This document shows positions 50,092 to 62,400 of a stretch of 64,000 nucleotides of DNA, piece after piece. The position numbers and the translations under genes are program-made. Source of the stretch: Cycas panzhihuaensis (Eukaryota; Plantae; Cycadophyta); NCBI GenBank assembly GCA_023213395.1, contig CM041465.1, positions 119,419,741 to 119,483,740 of the forward strand. Reading direction: 5' to 3'. Position 1 is the first letter of the stretch. Each line of letters starts with the position of its first letter. A model generated the notes under the pieces. It was given only the letters and a program-made list of their open reading frames with translations. It was not told the origin of the DNA and ran no database searches.

Positions 50092-51438
50092 GACAAATGA
50101 AGAAAAGGTTTAAAGAGGCGAGAATAGATAGAAAGAAAGGAAAATGTACGAAGTAGAAAAGATCAAGAAAGAATAGGCTTGAAGAATTGAGGAGTTATTA
50201 TAGGGAAGAGAAAGGGGTAAAGAGGGGGAATTGGAGTGTCTATAGCCTATTGACCCTAAAAATTACATAAGTAGGACACCTAGTCCATTTGAATGGGTAT
50301 AAAAAGCTCGTCAAAATGGGGTACATGAGATTTAAGGTGCATTTTTTATGGTAAGGCCCATTGATAACCTGATGACTAAGAAGCGTAAAAGTTATTTGCA
50401 AGAACAAACCTAGTGCAAAATAACCATCATAACGTGTTGATCAAAAGAAGGTATATGAATGTTAATGGTACTTTTTTTTATAATAGACTTGTATCATTAA
50501 GCATGACTTAGTGGAGTACTTTTTTTTTTACTGTGAGTCTAACTGTGCTGGCAATTTTTGAATTCAAGTAGTATTTTGGGAGTGACCACTTATTTTACTT
50601 TTTCTTCTTCTCTTATTTTAGTTTTTTTTTTAAATAATTAAATGTTATGTCTTGAGATCTAAATTAGGAAGTTGAGCATATGCAATAGGGTACAAGTAAT
50701 ACAAGATGTCGTACTAACCACTAGACAAGGTATGCTTGGTCTTATAAGCTTGCCAAAAAACTTCTTATGCAGAAGTTCAGGGTAGGTAGCTCTGTGGCAC
50801 TAACTGCTTACCACTACACTATAAGACTTTGACAGTCAGTAGGTTGCCTATGTTCGGAAGGGCTTAGGACCTATAAGGGTCCTCTTATATACTCAAAGGT
50901 ACCTGGAGGTATAATTTCATATCTAGGTTCTATTTGAGGCTTGGTTAAGGAGTGTTATCTTCAGTCCTTCACATAAGGGGCAAAAAACCCATAATGCGCT
51001 TAGCTAGAATGATAAATCCATGCGATTTTTAAAGGCTCCCAATACAGGATCTCTACCTAACTACTTAGGTAGCCACCATGGGGAGTCATCTACTTAGCAA
51101 AGAGGGGTGGGAAGGAGAAAGGGTAGCCGCTAAGCAGAGTTATCTACCTTTAGATTGACAACACGATACAGAAATTGAAAAAAATAAATTGAACTTAAAA
51201 TGAATGCAAGGCAAAAATAAAGTGCTAGGTGTTACCTAAAGGAAGAAATTTTCCTTTTCTAATGACTCATGATTTGTGTTAGTTCTATTCCCTAATCTCC
51301 ATAGAGAGAGTACTAAGAGAAGGTCTTTCCTCGATCTCTACTTTAATAGAGAAAGTACTCGATTTGGCAGAAAAAATAAAAAGATTTTTCAACCTATTGA
51401 ATACTTTTCATAGTTATGAACATGGCTCTAATACCATT

Positions 51439-51853
51439 TGGGATAATTCTTCTCATAGGTGCTCCTTGAGACAATAGAAAAATAATAATTCATAACCACT
51501 TTATTCTAATCAATAAGAGCAAATAGATTATCAAAGAGTTTCATAAAGCACAAGAGCATCAATTGATCACCAAAGGAAGAGTATCAAAGTACAATCTTTT
51601 ATAAGAGTAATATTAAGCTAACTCTCTTTTACAATCTATGACCCTTATATAAACAAAATAGGGTCCTTTCCAAGCAATCCTATTGGTGGCCTGAGCGGCT
51701 TTACATTCTATTAGATAATTAAATGGCCTTACATTCCATTGGCCAACTTATTAACCTATACATAAGGTTCTATAACTAACCTTATCACTTAACCTTATGG
51801 TAGCTCTCTACTTATTAATGCTTTACATAATTTAGTAAGATGAGTTTGTAACA
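51439..51853 (-). repeat. 5' LTR of chromovirus C
   Basis: Aligns with 26032-26433; Met PBS adjacent; TSD TAAGT follows. Confidence 0.92.
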
Positions 51854-51904
51854 TAAGTAGTGTATTATTCAAAAGCCTTTAAGCTAAGCATAGGGTGGTC
51901 TTAA

Positions 51905-52000
51905 CTCTTAACATCTAAAAGTTAAGCAAGAGAGAAGAGCTTAGGGTGAGAGTAGTTATGACCTTGGGACTTGTTGTAGTGACCATCCTATAAACCTTCC
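51905..52000 (+). repeat. Degenerate 5S rRNA-derived sequence (Cassandra TRIM LTR-like or 5S pseudogene)
   Basis: AGTTAAGC[9-nt insert]GAGCTTAGGGTGAGAGTAGT...GTGACC compared with plant 5S AGTTAAGCGTGCTTGGGCGAGAGTAGT...GTGACC. Confidence 0.45.
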
Positions 52001-55000
52001 TTTAGAGGGACCTGGGACACTGTAAAATGTGATGCCCCTTTTGATCTATCATCTTCAATAGGTGAGAGAGCTCCATGTATGCATTTTGAGCTTAGATGTT
52101 AATATGAAGAACACAACTAGAGAGAATTATTAGAAATAATTCAAATAGTAAGCGAGTTAGGGGGAGATTTATTAAGAAAAATAACATCATTTCTAATCTT
52201 TCATATAGTGCCTAAGGAAATTTATCCACTTTTCTTGTGGATTTTCTTCTAGTTAAAGGTATTTTTGTAGCATATTAACTATTGAGAGATGTGCATGATG
52301 AGATATAGAAATATAACGAGATGAAGTAGAAATTGATGATGCAGGTAAACTGGTAATTCCATCAGTCAAAATGAAATCGGTAGTAGACATGTATAAGGTA
52401 AGATGTGGCATGATTAATTGAAAAATAGAGGTATGTAAAACTCCTAGGCATAGTGATATTTAAGTGACAAAGATGATTTGATGATTGTGGTAGTATATTA
52501 TTGATGTAATAATAAGGCATAAAATGAGATTTGACATTATTAAGGGCATATATGATAAAATTAAGGCTATTGCCTTTATTGTTTGAAGATTCATTTGATA
52601 TTCATTTATGAGACCATTTGTAAAATGATGAAACCCATTCAATTCCATTTCACCCTAGTTCTAATATATGACCAAGGCCTTATTTAGGCCCATTTGTGAT
52701 GTTTAATTTATTTCTGTTTGTTTTTATTCAAAAGTTTCTATTTTTTGTTTTAAGGTTTAAAGTATATTGTCTAATCTACCCTATGAAAGGTGTGTGGAGG
52801 AGTTGGAGCTATCAAACTAAAGACACCCACCAATTGTATAAATAACATAAGTCAATGCCTAGAAATTTGAGTTAAATAGCATGTGGATCTCACACAAATA
52901 TCTATTTCCTACAAATCATGTGAAGACATAAGAAGAATCCACTATGAATGATTGAAGAAAACCATATGCCCTCCACAAAGAAGCTCACATGGAGCCTACA
53001 CAAACCTTTATCGAACAAGTCGTGTAAGCCCTATGCAAAGGTTGTGACTACCCTACCCACACATAACACTATCTTCTCTTCACATCATACTAAGGTTAGA
53101 TGATATGAAGATAAAAATAAAGACATCTAAGCCATTGCAGCTAGCCACTGAGATGAAAAAGAAGTTATGCTTTAAATGTAGTTCAAAGAAGAGATCTAGT
53201 GAGATAAACCCTTGCATAGCCATAAAGGAGATCAATCCCTACATAGTCATCCACCAAAGAAAAAAGCCATGAAGAAGAAAACACAACTAACACTTGTAAC
53301 CACTACCATGCTATCCATCCACTAGAGAAACATCCATGGAAGCCATGTCATGTCACGTCAAATGGAGATCAAATACTAAATGCAAAGCCACTACTATGAA
53401 TAATTAGTCACCCAAAGGGATCAAACGTATGAGTTTAAGATTGATTTAGAAATGAATTAATATGCAAATAATTTATTTTTATAGCATAAAAAATCTTTCA
53501 AATGATCTTAAAAATTAAATTATATTTGATAAATTTTAAGATCTGTAAGCACCCCCTTCCTAAGTGATTTAGTAAGTGGTCACATGAAGGAGTCCATGAT
53601 CAAGGGCTATCGACAAGAGAGGCAAACTTTAAATTTGATTAAACCAAATTAGATAATTTTTATAAAATTAAAAATTATAAACAAAATTAAATTTTATTTT
53701 AAAATTTGCTAATTATTTGTTAAGGATCTTGTAAAATTTGAGACATATTAATACATTTTATACCATAACTTTTCGCTAACATGTCATAATCAAGTGTTAT
53801 TAGTTGCATTAGAAAGATAATTTTGAGACAATCGAAACAAACAGTTGTAAGACATATTTTAGATATTAAAAGATAGATATATTAATGGGTGAAGTTGATT
53901 AAAATACTCTTAACCTTATAAAAGATACATTTTATAACCTTAAAATGAATAGATATTTTAATGTTTTCAAAGGCTTCGAATATGATAATGTAGTTATTTT
54001 TTATTGGTGAAGAACCAAAAAAGATGTTTCATTTAAAAGTGAATAATTTTTGGCTCATTTATGATATTTAAAGGCTCATGATAGATGGAAAACATATGAA
54101 GTGAGATATACTTGATGTGAAAATGATATAAGAATATTCTTCATATACTGGATATGTAAAATCACCCTTAAAAATTTTACCATTTGGTTTAGTATAAGTT
54201 CACATTACTAAATAAATAAATAGATTATTAGTTTAAATAATTTTCTGAATGGATAAATATGAACACTTGTTTGATGAAAATGACACCACTTGATATTTAT
54301 AAAAGGCCCAATTTGATTATTTTTAGAGAGATAAATAGATTGAAAGAGAATTCCACCTATTTATGAGACAAGGAGAGAAGTCTAATATGTTTTTTTAATG
54401 ATATACTAAATTAATTATTAATATTATCTAACTAATAATAAACTATTAAAGTTATCTAGTAGAAAGTTTATTTATATTTATCAATAAGAAATCTAACTAG
54501 ATATGTATGACAAGAGGCATGAAAACAAATTATTTATGCTAACTTATTATAGCTAACTTGTGTTGACCAAGTGGTTCAATTTATTTCTAGAGTTAATTAT
54601 TTTTTAAGTATTAATTTGATAATGTTATTATTGAATAATGGTTTCCAAAAGAAAGTTATAAGTATGCAAGTGAGAAAGCACACAAAAAGAAATCTTATAT
54701 ATAAGAGGCAAGTAAAGATTTCATAAGCTACTCTTGCACAATACACTTGATTGTGTTCTTCTATCTTATACATAAGAGGTGGGGTTATGTTACTCTTGTA
54801 ATAAGTAATTTGAAAGCTAATGAACCATGTATTTGAAATAGTTACCTAAAAATTAGAAATTACAGAGTTTAGTTACCTATATATTTTGGTAGATGGTTAA
54901 TATCTTATATAGACCTAATAATTAATTTATTTGTTGATTGATTTAATGATTAAGTTAATAGATATTTAAAAGCAGCTTTATAGGCAAAGATATGAAGATA

Positions 55001-55176
55001 TTTAGGAAAATACTTCATATATTGGTTGATGTTGATGTTTGGAGGATGTTAATGATGGTTGATATTTACAAGTTGGTTATTCACACTTAGCCACTAATGG
55101 TTATAAATGATTACATATAGGTTTTTATAGGTTAATGGTTATATAGGTATACAAGTTAATATTTGTAGAAGACAAA

Positions 55177-56277
55177 CATGATGATATGATGATTTATAGG
55201 TTATAAGTGATGATACAAATACAGGTTATAAGATCAAACAAATATAAAGATAATGAAATACAAGGAAATAAAGACTTGAAGATAAATATTTGAAGATATT
55301 AAACATGAAGATAAAATATTAGAATATGTGAATTAATCATATATGTAATGTTTAATATTAATGATGTGACATATACACAAAGCTACACACATTCATGTAA
55401 AAATACTATTAGATAATATAATAGTTCAATAGAAACTATAAGTTACTCATGAGGTGAATATTGATATAAATGTATACACATACCACTTGAAAACTTGAGA
55501 AAGGTCTAAGACCTAGAGATGTATTCATTTTGATCATTAAGAGTAGCTCCAATCTTTATATTCTCCTATGATTTTTTCCATGTTAGGTTTTCCACATATA
55601 AATCTATTGTCTCTCTTATGGTGATATTTATTAGTGCATGCTTTATTTTTTTGATACTTCACATTCATGTTATTTTATTATATGTGTACATTCTTCACAA
55701 GATAATTTAGTCGTTATATATATATATATATATATATATACATGATGATATGATGATTTATAGGTTATAAGTGATGATACAAATACAGGTTATAAGATCC
55801 AACAAATATAAAGATAATGAAGTACAAGGAAATAAAGACTTGAAGATAAATATTTGAAGACATTAAACATGAAGACAAAATATTAGAATATGTGAATTAA
55901 TCATATATATAATGTTTAATATTAATGATGTGACACATACACAAACCCACACACATTCATGTAAAAATACTATTAGATAATATAATAGTTCAATAGAAAC
56001 TATAAGTTACTCATGAGGTGAATATTGATATAAATGTATACACATACCACTTGAAAACTTGAGAAAGGTTTAAGACCTGGAGATGTATTCATTTTGATCA
56101 TTAAGAGTAGCTCCAATCTTTATATTCTCCTATGATTTTTTCCATGTTAGGTTTTCCATATATAAATCTATTGTCTCTCTTATGGTGATATTTATTAGTG
56201 TATGTTTTATTTTTTTGATACTTCACATTCATGTTATTTCATTATATGTGTACATTCTTCATGAGATAATTTAGTCG

Positions 56278-56318
<41 letters not shown>
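55177..56318. repeat. Tandem duplication of about 565 bp within a Copia-like LTR, each copy ending in (TA)n
   Basis: 55177-55740 matches 55741-56318 with scattered, mostly transition differences; contains the Copia-LTR-like GGTTTTCCACATATAAATC motif; ...TTAACA followed by TGGTATTAGAG (Met PBS) at 56382-56392. Confidence 0.88.
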
Positions 56319-56322
<4 letters not shown>

Positions 56323-58648
56323 ATGTTATGGTATACTCTAAATTCTAAATTGGCATTAGAGGAAATTTATATATTTTAACATGGTATTAGAGAGATTTTA
56401 TATTTCTAATAAGTGGGAGTAAAATAGTAAGGTGGTATCAAACTTAAGGTAGAAGAGTCAGGTATAAATAGTGCTACTATTTAGGAATATGGAGGTGGAA
56501 GAGGAGGGGTACCTTGGGAAGACATCACCTACTAAGATTGGGGTATAAAAGAGGTAATGCCAATACTATGTATAAATAAGTAAGTAGTCTAAGCAAAAGT
56601 AGATGAGTTGGGATCAACATTAGGATTAAACATGGTTTAAATCTAAGTAAGGTTAGAGGAACTAAGGATAAAGGCTAAAAAAAGCTTTTAAAAGCATGCC
56701 CTTAAAGCAATAACAGTTTTCGAGGACTTCTTTGGTACATAGATAGGGTAAGGGCCTATATAGGTGACCTAGGACTAATTAGTAGGATAAGACTAAGCAA
56801 CAAGCATAAGGTCAGGTAGGGTGTCATAGGATGAGATAGTCTCAATAATAAGGGTAGGGGAACCCATAGAGTTTTGGTAGAGGGGATAGTATTCAAAAGA
56901 GAAGTAAGACCCATCGAGACCACTCAGGAAAGGGATATGAGCATCATAATGATCAATGTCTTATGACTAATCTAAGACCTAGGTATAGTGAAGATCCTAG
57001 GTATGATAGGGGTCAATGATCCACTTAAGAGGAGATAGCTCCACCATTGAGTTATGCTCGTTAGGGGATGGGTTAAGAGGTAAAGGTAAAACTAGATCAA
57101 GAGAAGGAAGACCATGCATGCTTCAAGAGAATCGAGGCATCTAAGGGACTACTCTAAAAGAAAGGAATGAGGCCTAAATAAGGTACACACTTGAATACTA
57201 ACTCAATACAAAGGATGGCATGGGATACTCACAAGCCTCAAAATGTCCTAATCATATGAGTTTCCCTATGGTAAAGGCCTAAAGTGAAGAGAGGGGGATT
57301 AGTTAATGATGTATCACCAACTCAAGTTGGTAAGTCCCTAGTATGGTTATTAATGAATGCCAATGGGTAAGAATAAGAGGTCACTCATATAACTTAACAA
57401 GTAATCTAGGGTAATAATATTATATAAGAGGGGTAAAATTAAACTCTCACTTAAGGTACTTGTGTATCTCATGAATGAAAGTGCAGAGTCTAAAGGTAAT
57501 ATATATTAGTTCTAATGTATGTGTGCATATATTAGGAAATGAAGTGTGGGGGGGTTAAGAGAAAGAAGTCTCTAAACTAATCAATTAACTAAGCTATCAA
57601 CTCACTAGTTTAGCATGAAAGTAAGCAAATGATACACAATAATTCATAACATAAAGTAAAATCTACCTAATCTAACTGTAGAAAAAATAAAAATAAAAGT
57701 AAGTTAATGTAATTAATAGGTATCCTTGAAAGGACCAAACAATATCCAATAAAAGGCTCCTAGAGTCTAAGAGGGATGTCAGGGCATATATACCCCCAAT
57801 TAGAGATGAACATACGTGCTTAGTCCTAGAGTACTATTCTCCCTTAAGAATATCTAACCTATCTTATCCTACACTCTAACATAACCTACATTGAGACTTA
57901 ATTTTAAAAATAGGAAGGGACTTCCTAGAAGAGAGGTAAGGAGGAGTAAGACCCTAGATTAATAACCCTATTAGGGGTCAACCACTGGGGACTCGTCATT
58001 CTAATAATAATGCACACCCTCTACAATGGTAAAAAGTCTAAAAGTGCCCATATCCAACTTCACCCAAGCCTTTGAAACTATCATTAGGGTGAAATAAAGA
58101 AGAAGAAGCCACTCTTAATGGGAGTTGCCTACTCAAAACATGGCATAGAAGACTTGACCCACCTTAGATGCAAGGTCACCTATCTTGTCTTGTGGTGAAA
58201 TATGAATAGAGAATGTGATGACCCCTTGTTTTAATGGTGAAACCCTATCCTAGAAATAAGACTAAGGGGTAAATAACATATGCTTGATTGTAACTATGTG
58301 TACTTTTATTTGTATGTAAAGAGCAAATAATGCCTAGTCTAAATATAAACTTTTAGCACTGTAGATTTAAAGGCTTGTAACATTGCAAGCCCCCTCTACT
58401 CCAATTGGCTAACCAATGATCACATACCAAATGTAATGCAAATGCATTTCTTTTCCTTTTATTTTTTATTTTTTAATTTTCAATTAATCTACATGTAAAA
58501 AAAAAGGAGGGTAGGTGAACATATAAACATGTATGCAAGAAAACTAAACTCTTCTCTCTCTTTTTTTTTCTTAAAGTAAATAAATAAAAAAGAAATGAAA
58601 ATATTTTCTTTTTATTTTGAAAACAAACCAAAAAAGAAATGAAAGTCT

Positions 58649-58675
58649 TCTCTCTCTCTCTCTCTCTCTCTCTCT
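58649..58675. repeat. (CT)n microsatellite
   Basis: Direct inspection. Confidence 0.9.
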
Positions 58676-60289
58676 AGAAGTAAATGAAAAAAAAAATGTG
58701 AGAAGAAGAGAAATTCTTAGAATATGCCTATAAGACCCCAAAATAGATTGCCATATCTCATCTTTACTACTTCTTATTTAGCCCCTCATGCTTTCAAAAT
58801 TATTCAATGGAAAAAATAATAAGTGGAGTATATGCAAATTAAAACAAATCTATGTAAAATGTGATAATATTTTTGTTTGCTAGATTAAATTAAAATAGAA
58901 AAAAGTTTATAAATTATAAGAAAATGAGTTTTAAACATAATTTTAAAATGTATACCTTTGAAAGCTTCATGGTGAAAATTTGGTAGCATTTCTACTATCC
59001 TATAGGCACCTTTCTAATTATGGGAAGGAAGATAGAGAAGAAAACAAAACTCCAACATGTAATTATTCAAAGCCTACAAGTAAATGAGGTTGGGATCTGC
59101 CTCTACCAATTGTCAACTTAGTTTTAAAGAAAAATATATATGTATACTAAAAAACTTAAAATTAAATGCAATGAAAGATAAGTAAATTTGTTTATGGATG
59201 TATTAAATAATAGTGAGAGCCTCAAAATGGCAAGGTTGTCACCACATATAAATCTCATAGTGTCTATGGGTCCTCTAATAACTTTTTAAATATTTATAAG
59301 ATATAGAAATTAGTGAAAAAGGAAATTAGATGAGAGAAAATCAATCTTGTAGAAGTGGTAGGCTCATAAAGGAATAAAGTAGGATAAAGGATCCAAGCTC
59401 ATAATCATTAACCAAACAATGTGAATATATGAGGAAAGTTTCCAATAGTATTTTGACAACACTTTGCTACTAAAAATTTCCTCCTATTTCTAATGGAAAA
59501 TGTGGAGTATAAATAGAAGTAGAAAAGTTCTTCTATTGTGGATTTAGAGCCCATGGTTTCAATGAAACCATAGATAAAATTCATGGACTCATGGTCATGG
59601 ATTTGGAAGAGAAATAAATGCTGAATGGAGATGGTTCTTATATAAATACACTTAAATTTTAGCTCATCAAAGGGGAGGGGCATGGAGTATTTACCTCTAG
59701 TATGCTTCCTTTAGACTGGTAATTAACTCTAGATGTGAGACATAAGAAAATATGCAAAAAATTTCAAGAACATTGCCCACAATTTCTTTGTGGTGCAGAT
59801 GTTACACCATGAAGTTTTAGAGTTATGTGATTTGCACCATGAAGTTTTTTATAATGTTACATATCTCTACTATGATAAAAATTATGAGAATTAGTCAAGT
59901 GCTATACTGCAACAAAATTTATAGTAGTATAGATGCACCATTATAAATGTCATCATAATGCACAACTTTTTGTAGTGGTACATAACTTTCATTGTAGTAC
60001 AAATAAAGGCAATCAAAAAATTTAAAAATTAAGAAAATTTTAAAGAAAAATAAATGTCAAACAAAGGATGTAAGAAAGCCTAGAAGCATTCTTAGGGTTG
60101 TTGGGGGCTTGTTTTATGACTTATAATACTTAAGTGTATAACTTATTTGCACCACTGATTGAAGTCAAAATCATCATAGGCTAAACACTTATACCCATGA
60201 CTAAGACAATAAGCAAATATTAGTAGAATATATATGAAAGCTAAAAATGAATTAAAATAAAGTAATACATGATGTATACCTTGGATTAC

Positions 60290-61400
60290 CTATGCTAAGA
60301 TGGATGTTGGATTCCTAAGTTGTATGAAATAGGAAGTACCACCAAATGATAGGGTAAGTGGTGGTGTAGTAGATGGAGGAGTAGGACCTAAGCAAAATGT
60401 CAAGGTTATGGAGGTGCTAAAATAGTTGACTAAGATAGACGAGGAGGTTAGTAGAGTCAAGCAACTAACTAGGATAGATGGTGATGCTAATAGAGTTGAA
60501 TAACCAACCATATGAGAGGGAGGAGCAATTGGGCAAGGGGCTAGAGGTAGTAGTGATGATGTATGTTGTATTGAATGTAGAGAGGGTCTGACCACTAACT
60601 TAAGGTTTTTTGAGAAGGTGTATTATTTTTAGGTTATTTCTTTTTATTTGCTTATATTGAATTATTACTCAATTATGTGTTTTTAGGGACTTATGCATAT
60701 TTATATAGGATATTGAATTGTCACTTATGTTTGATATGCAGGTAGAGAGGTGATGGAGGCTAATTTTGTCAAGCAGACTCTTCATAGTCTACTTCCATTT
60801 ATATATGGTTTGGAGGAGCCTCTAATATGGTAGGAAGGTGACCTTGAGTTCTTAGGTTACCACATGTAATATTTTGTTCCAATTATCAGGGCTTGAAATA
60901 TGTACCATGATTTGCAGGCTTGTGTAACCATGCGAGAGGTAGAGCTAGGCATGGCTAGCTATAAGGGAGGCGGAGTTATATGCATAACTGGTTATGAGTG
61001 GGATGCAGTTACAAGCATAATTAGTAGTATGTGGGGTAGAGTTACAGACCCAAGTGAGTGAGTTAGAGGTGCAACTAAAGGCTAGAGAGAGTGAGCGATC
61101 ATATATACAATAAGTAATACTAGCTTGGGTAGGGGGATAATCTACACCCACACCCTCAAGGAGCTAGAGTGTTCACCAGTCTTAGATATATACCCATAAG
61201 TGTGAATTGACACAGACACATACTCACTAATATAGGAGCAAGTAGGGTAGTGTATAGAAATAGCCATTACCACTGTAACTACCACAGTAGCCCAGATCAA
61301 GTGAGGAGTCTAGAATTGGGAAAGTGAGAGAGAGGAGAGGGGATAAGAGTCCACTCTATAGGAATAGGGATGTAACTATATGAGATCAACTTTGATCATG
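60290..61400 (+). pseudogene. Decayed two-exon transposon accessory gene fragment (Gly/Glu-rich exon, intron 60605-60741, coiled-coil exon), resembling the 3' part of the Tat element's PMD gene
   Basis: AAG|GTTTTT...T-rich...ATGCAG|GT; exon 2 reads GREVMEANFVKQTLHSLLPFIYGLEEPLIW*EGDLEFLGYHM*YFVPIIRA*NMY...ELQTQVSELEVQLKARESE. Confidence 0.5.
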
Positions 61401-62029
61401 ATATCCATACCCGTGGAAGCTAGAGGACCATGAGATGTTATACTATTGTATTAAATGTATTGTGTTATTTTGACACTTTTGTGTATATATTGAGACCTTT
61501 TTTGTTTAAATGTGATGTACATTATCTCCTTGTCTCTATTTCTTATTCCCCCTAATGCTTAATCTCTTAGGTTATGCATGAGTCTATTTTGTTAGTTATA
61601 CATAGTTATATGGTCATTTTTTTAGATTTTTATTAATATTTATTTTTTTAAACTTTTAAATGTTAAAATTAGAAATGCAATATACAAAACATCTAATGGT
61701 GAGTAAAAGATAAAATAATAGAGTGTAAGAAAGATGAAGTATGTGCACAAATAAACATTATATGTGGAGAATTGGTCAAAAATTAAATTAGAGAAAATAA
61801 AAGAGTACATACTTATAGTACGTGCTCACCATTAGTGAGAGAACCTCATTAGTCAACTTAGAGGTGGTACACATCTCTAGGTGGCCCACAACCTCTAATA
61901 TAAAAATATAAATAAATAGAGATAGAGACTATATAGGGGTAATTTATGTAATTAAGTATTACACCAATCATTCCCCCCTGCAATAATCAATTACATAAAT
62001 TATTATTACATTAAAAAATAAAACTTGAG

Positions 62030-62400
62030 TCTTTAAAAGTATGCTAGATCAAAACCTGCTACTTTAGAATATCTGAGCTATCAATATCCATATGAAGTAA
62101 AGTCCATCTCCTAGAATACATGGGTTGCTAGCCACTATAATCTCCAATTAATTAGGAACTTCCTTTATGTATGTGAATTAATCAGTGTTAGTAAGAGTAG
62201 TTGTAAAGTGATCCCATCCCTTGCTTATATGGGAATGTAAGCAATCTTCAAGTGAAAAATATACAAATGGTAAGAGTAGCTTCTAAAAGTATATCCTACT
62301 TCTTGCTAAATAAGACTATCACTTCTTGGACATCTAATGGCTAGAAATACAATAGGCTCTATGGCCTTATATTTGCCTCAATGGGCCAAAAAAACTAGTA
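62030..62400 (-). pseudogene. Possible C-terminal (OTU-like) remnant of a Mutator-like transposase
   Basis: Frameshifted SFFGPLR..EPIVFLAI...HFVYFSLEDC..ISKGWDHF, resembling the TFFPLR...NHFV.V.L...CP.P....W tail of plant MULE proteins; weak. Confidence 0.35.

Larger units (their letters stand above)
26032..51853 (-). mobile_element. Ty3/Gypsy chromovirus C with an internal pol duplication, interrupted by the Tat-type element
   Basis: LTRs 26032-26433 and 51439-51853; TSD TAAGC/TAAGT; PPT (minus GGAGGGGGACC) 26434-26444; PBS TGGTATTAGAGCC 51424-51436. Confidence 0.92.

Noticed and set aside
52158-56381. A single 4.2-kb Copia LTR running from the PPT-like TTAGGGGGAGATT to the PBS at 56382
   Set aside because: The interior is heterogeneous and no partner LTR is present; continuity cannot be supported
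59770-60000. CRISPR-like short repeats (CACCATGAAGTTTT)
   Set aside because: Eukaryotic context, irregular degenerate units and no cas genes; more likely transposon subterminal repeats
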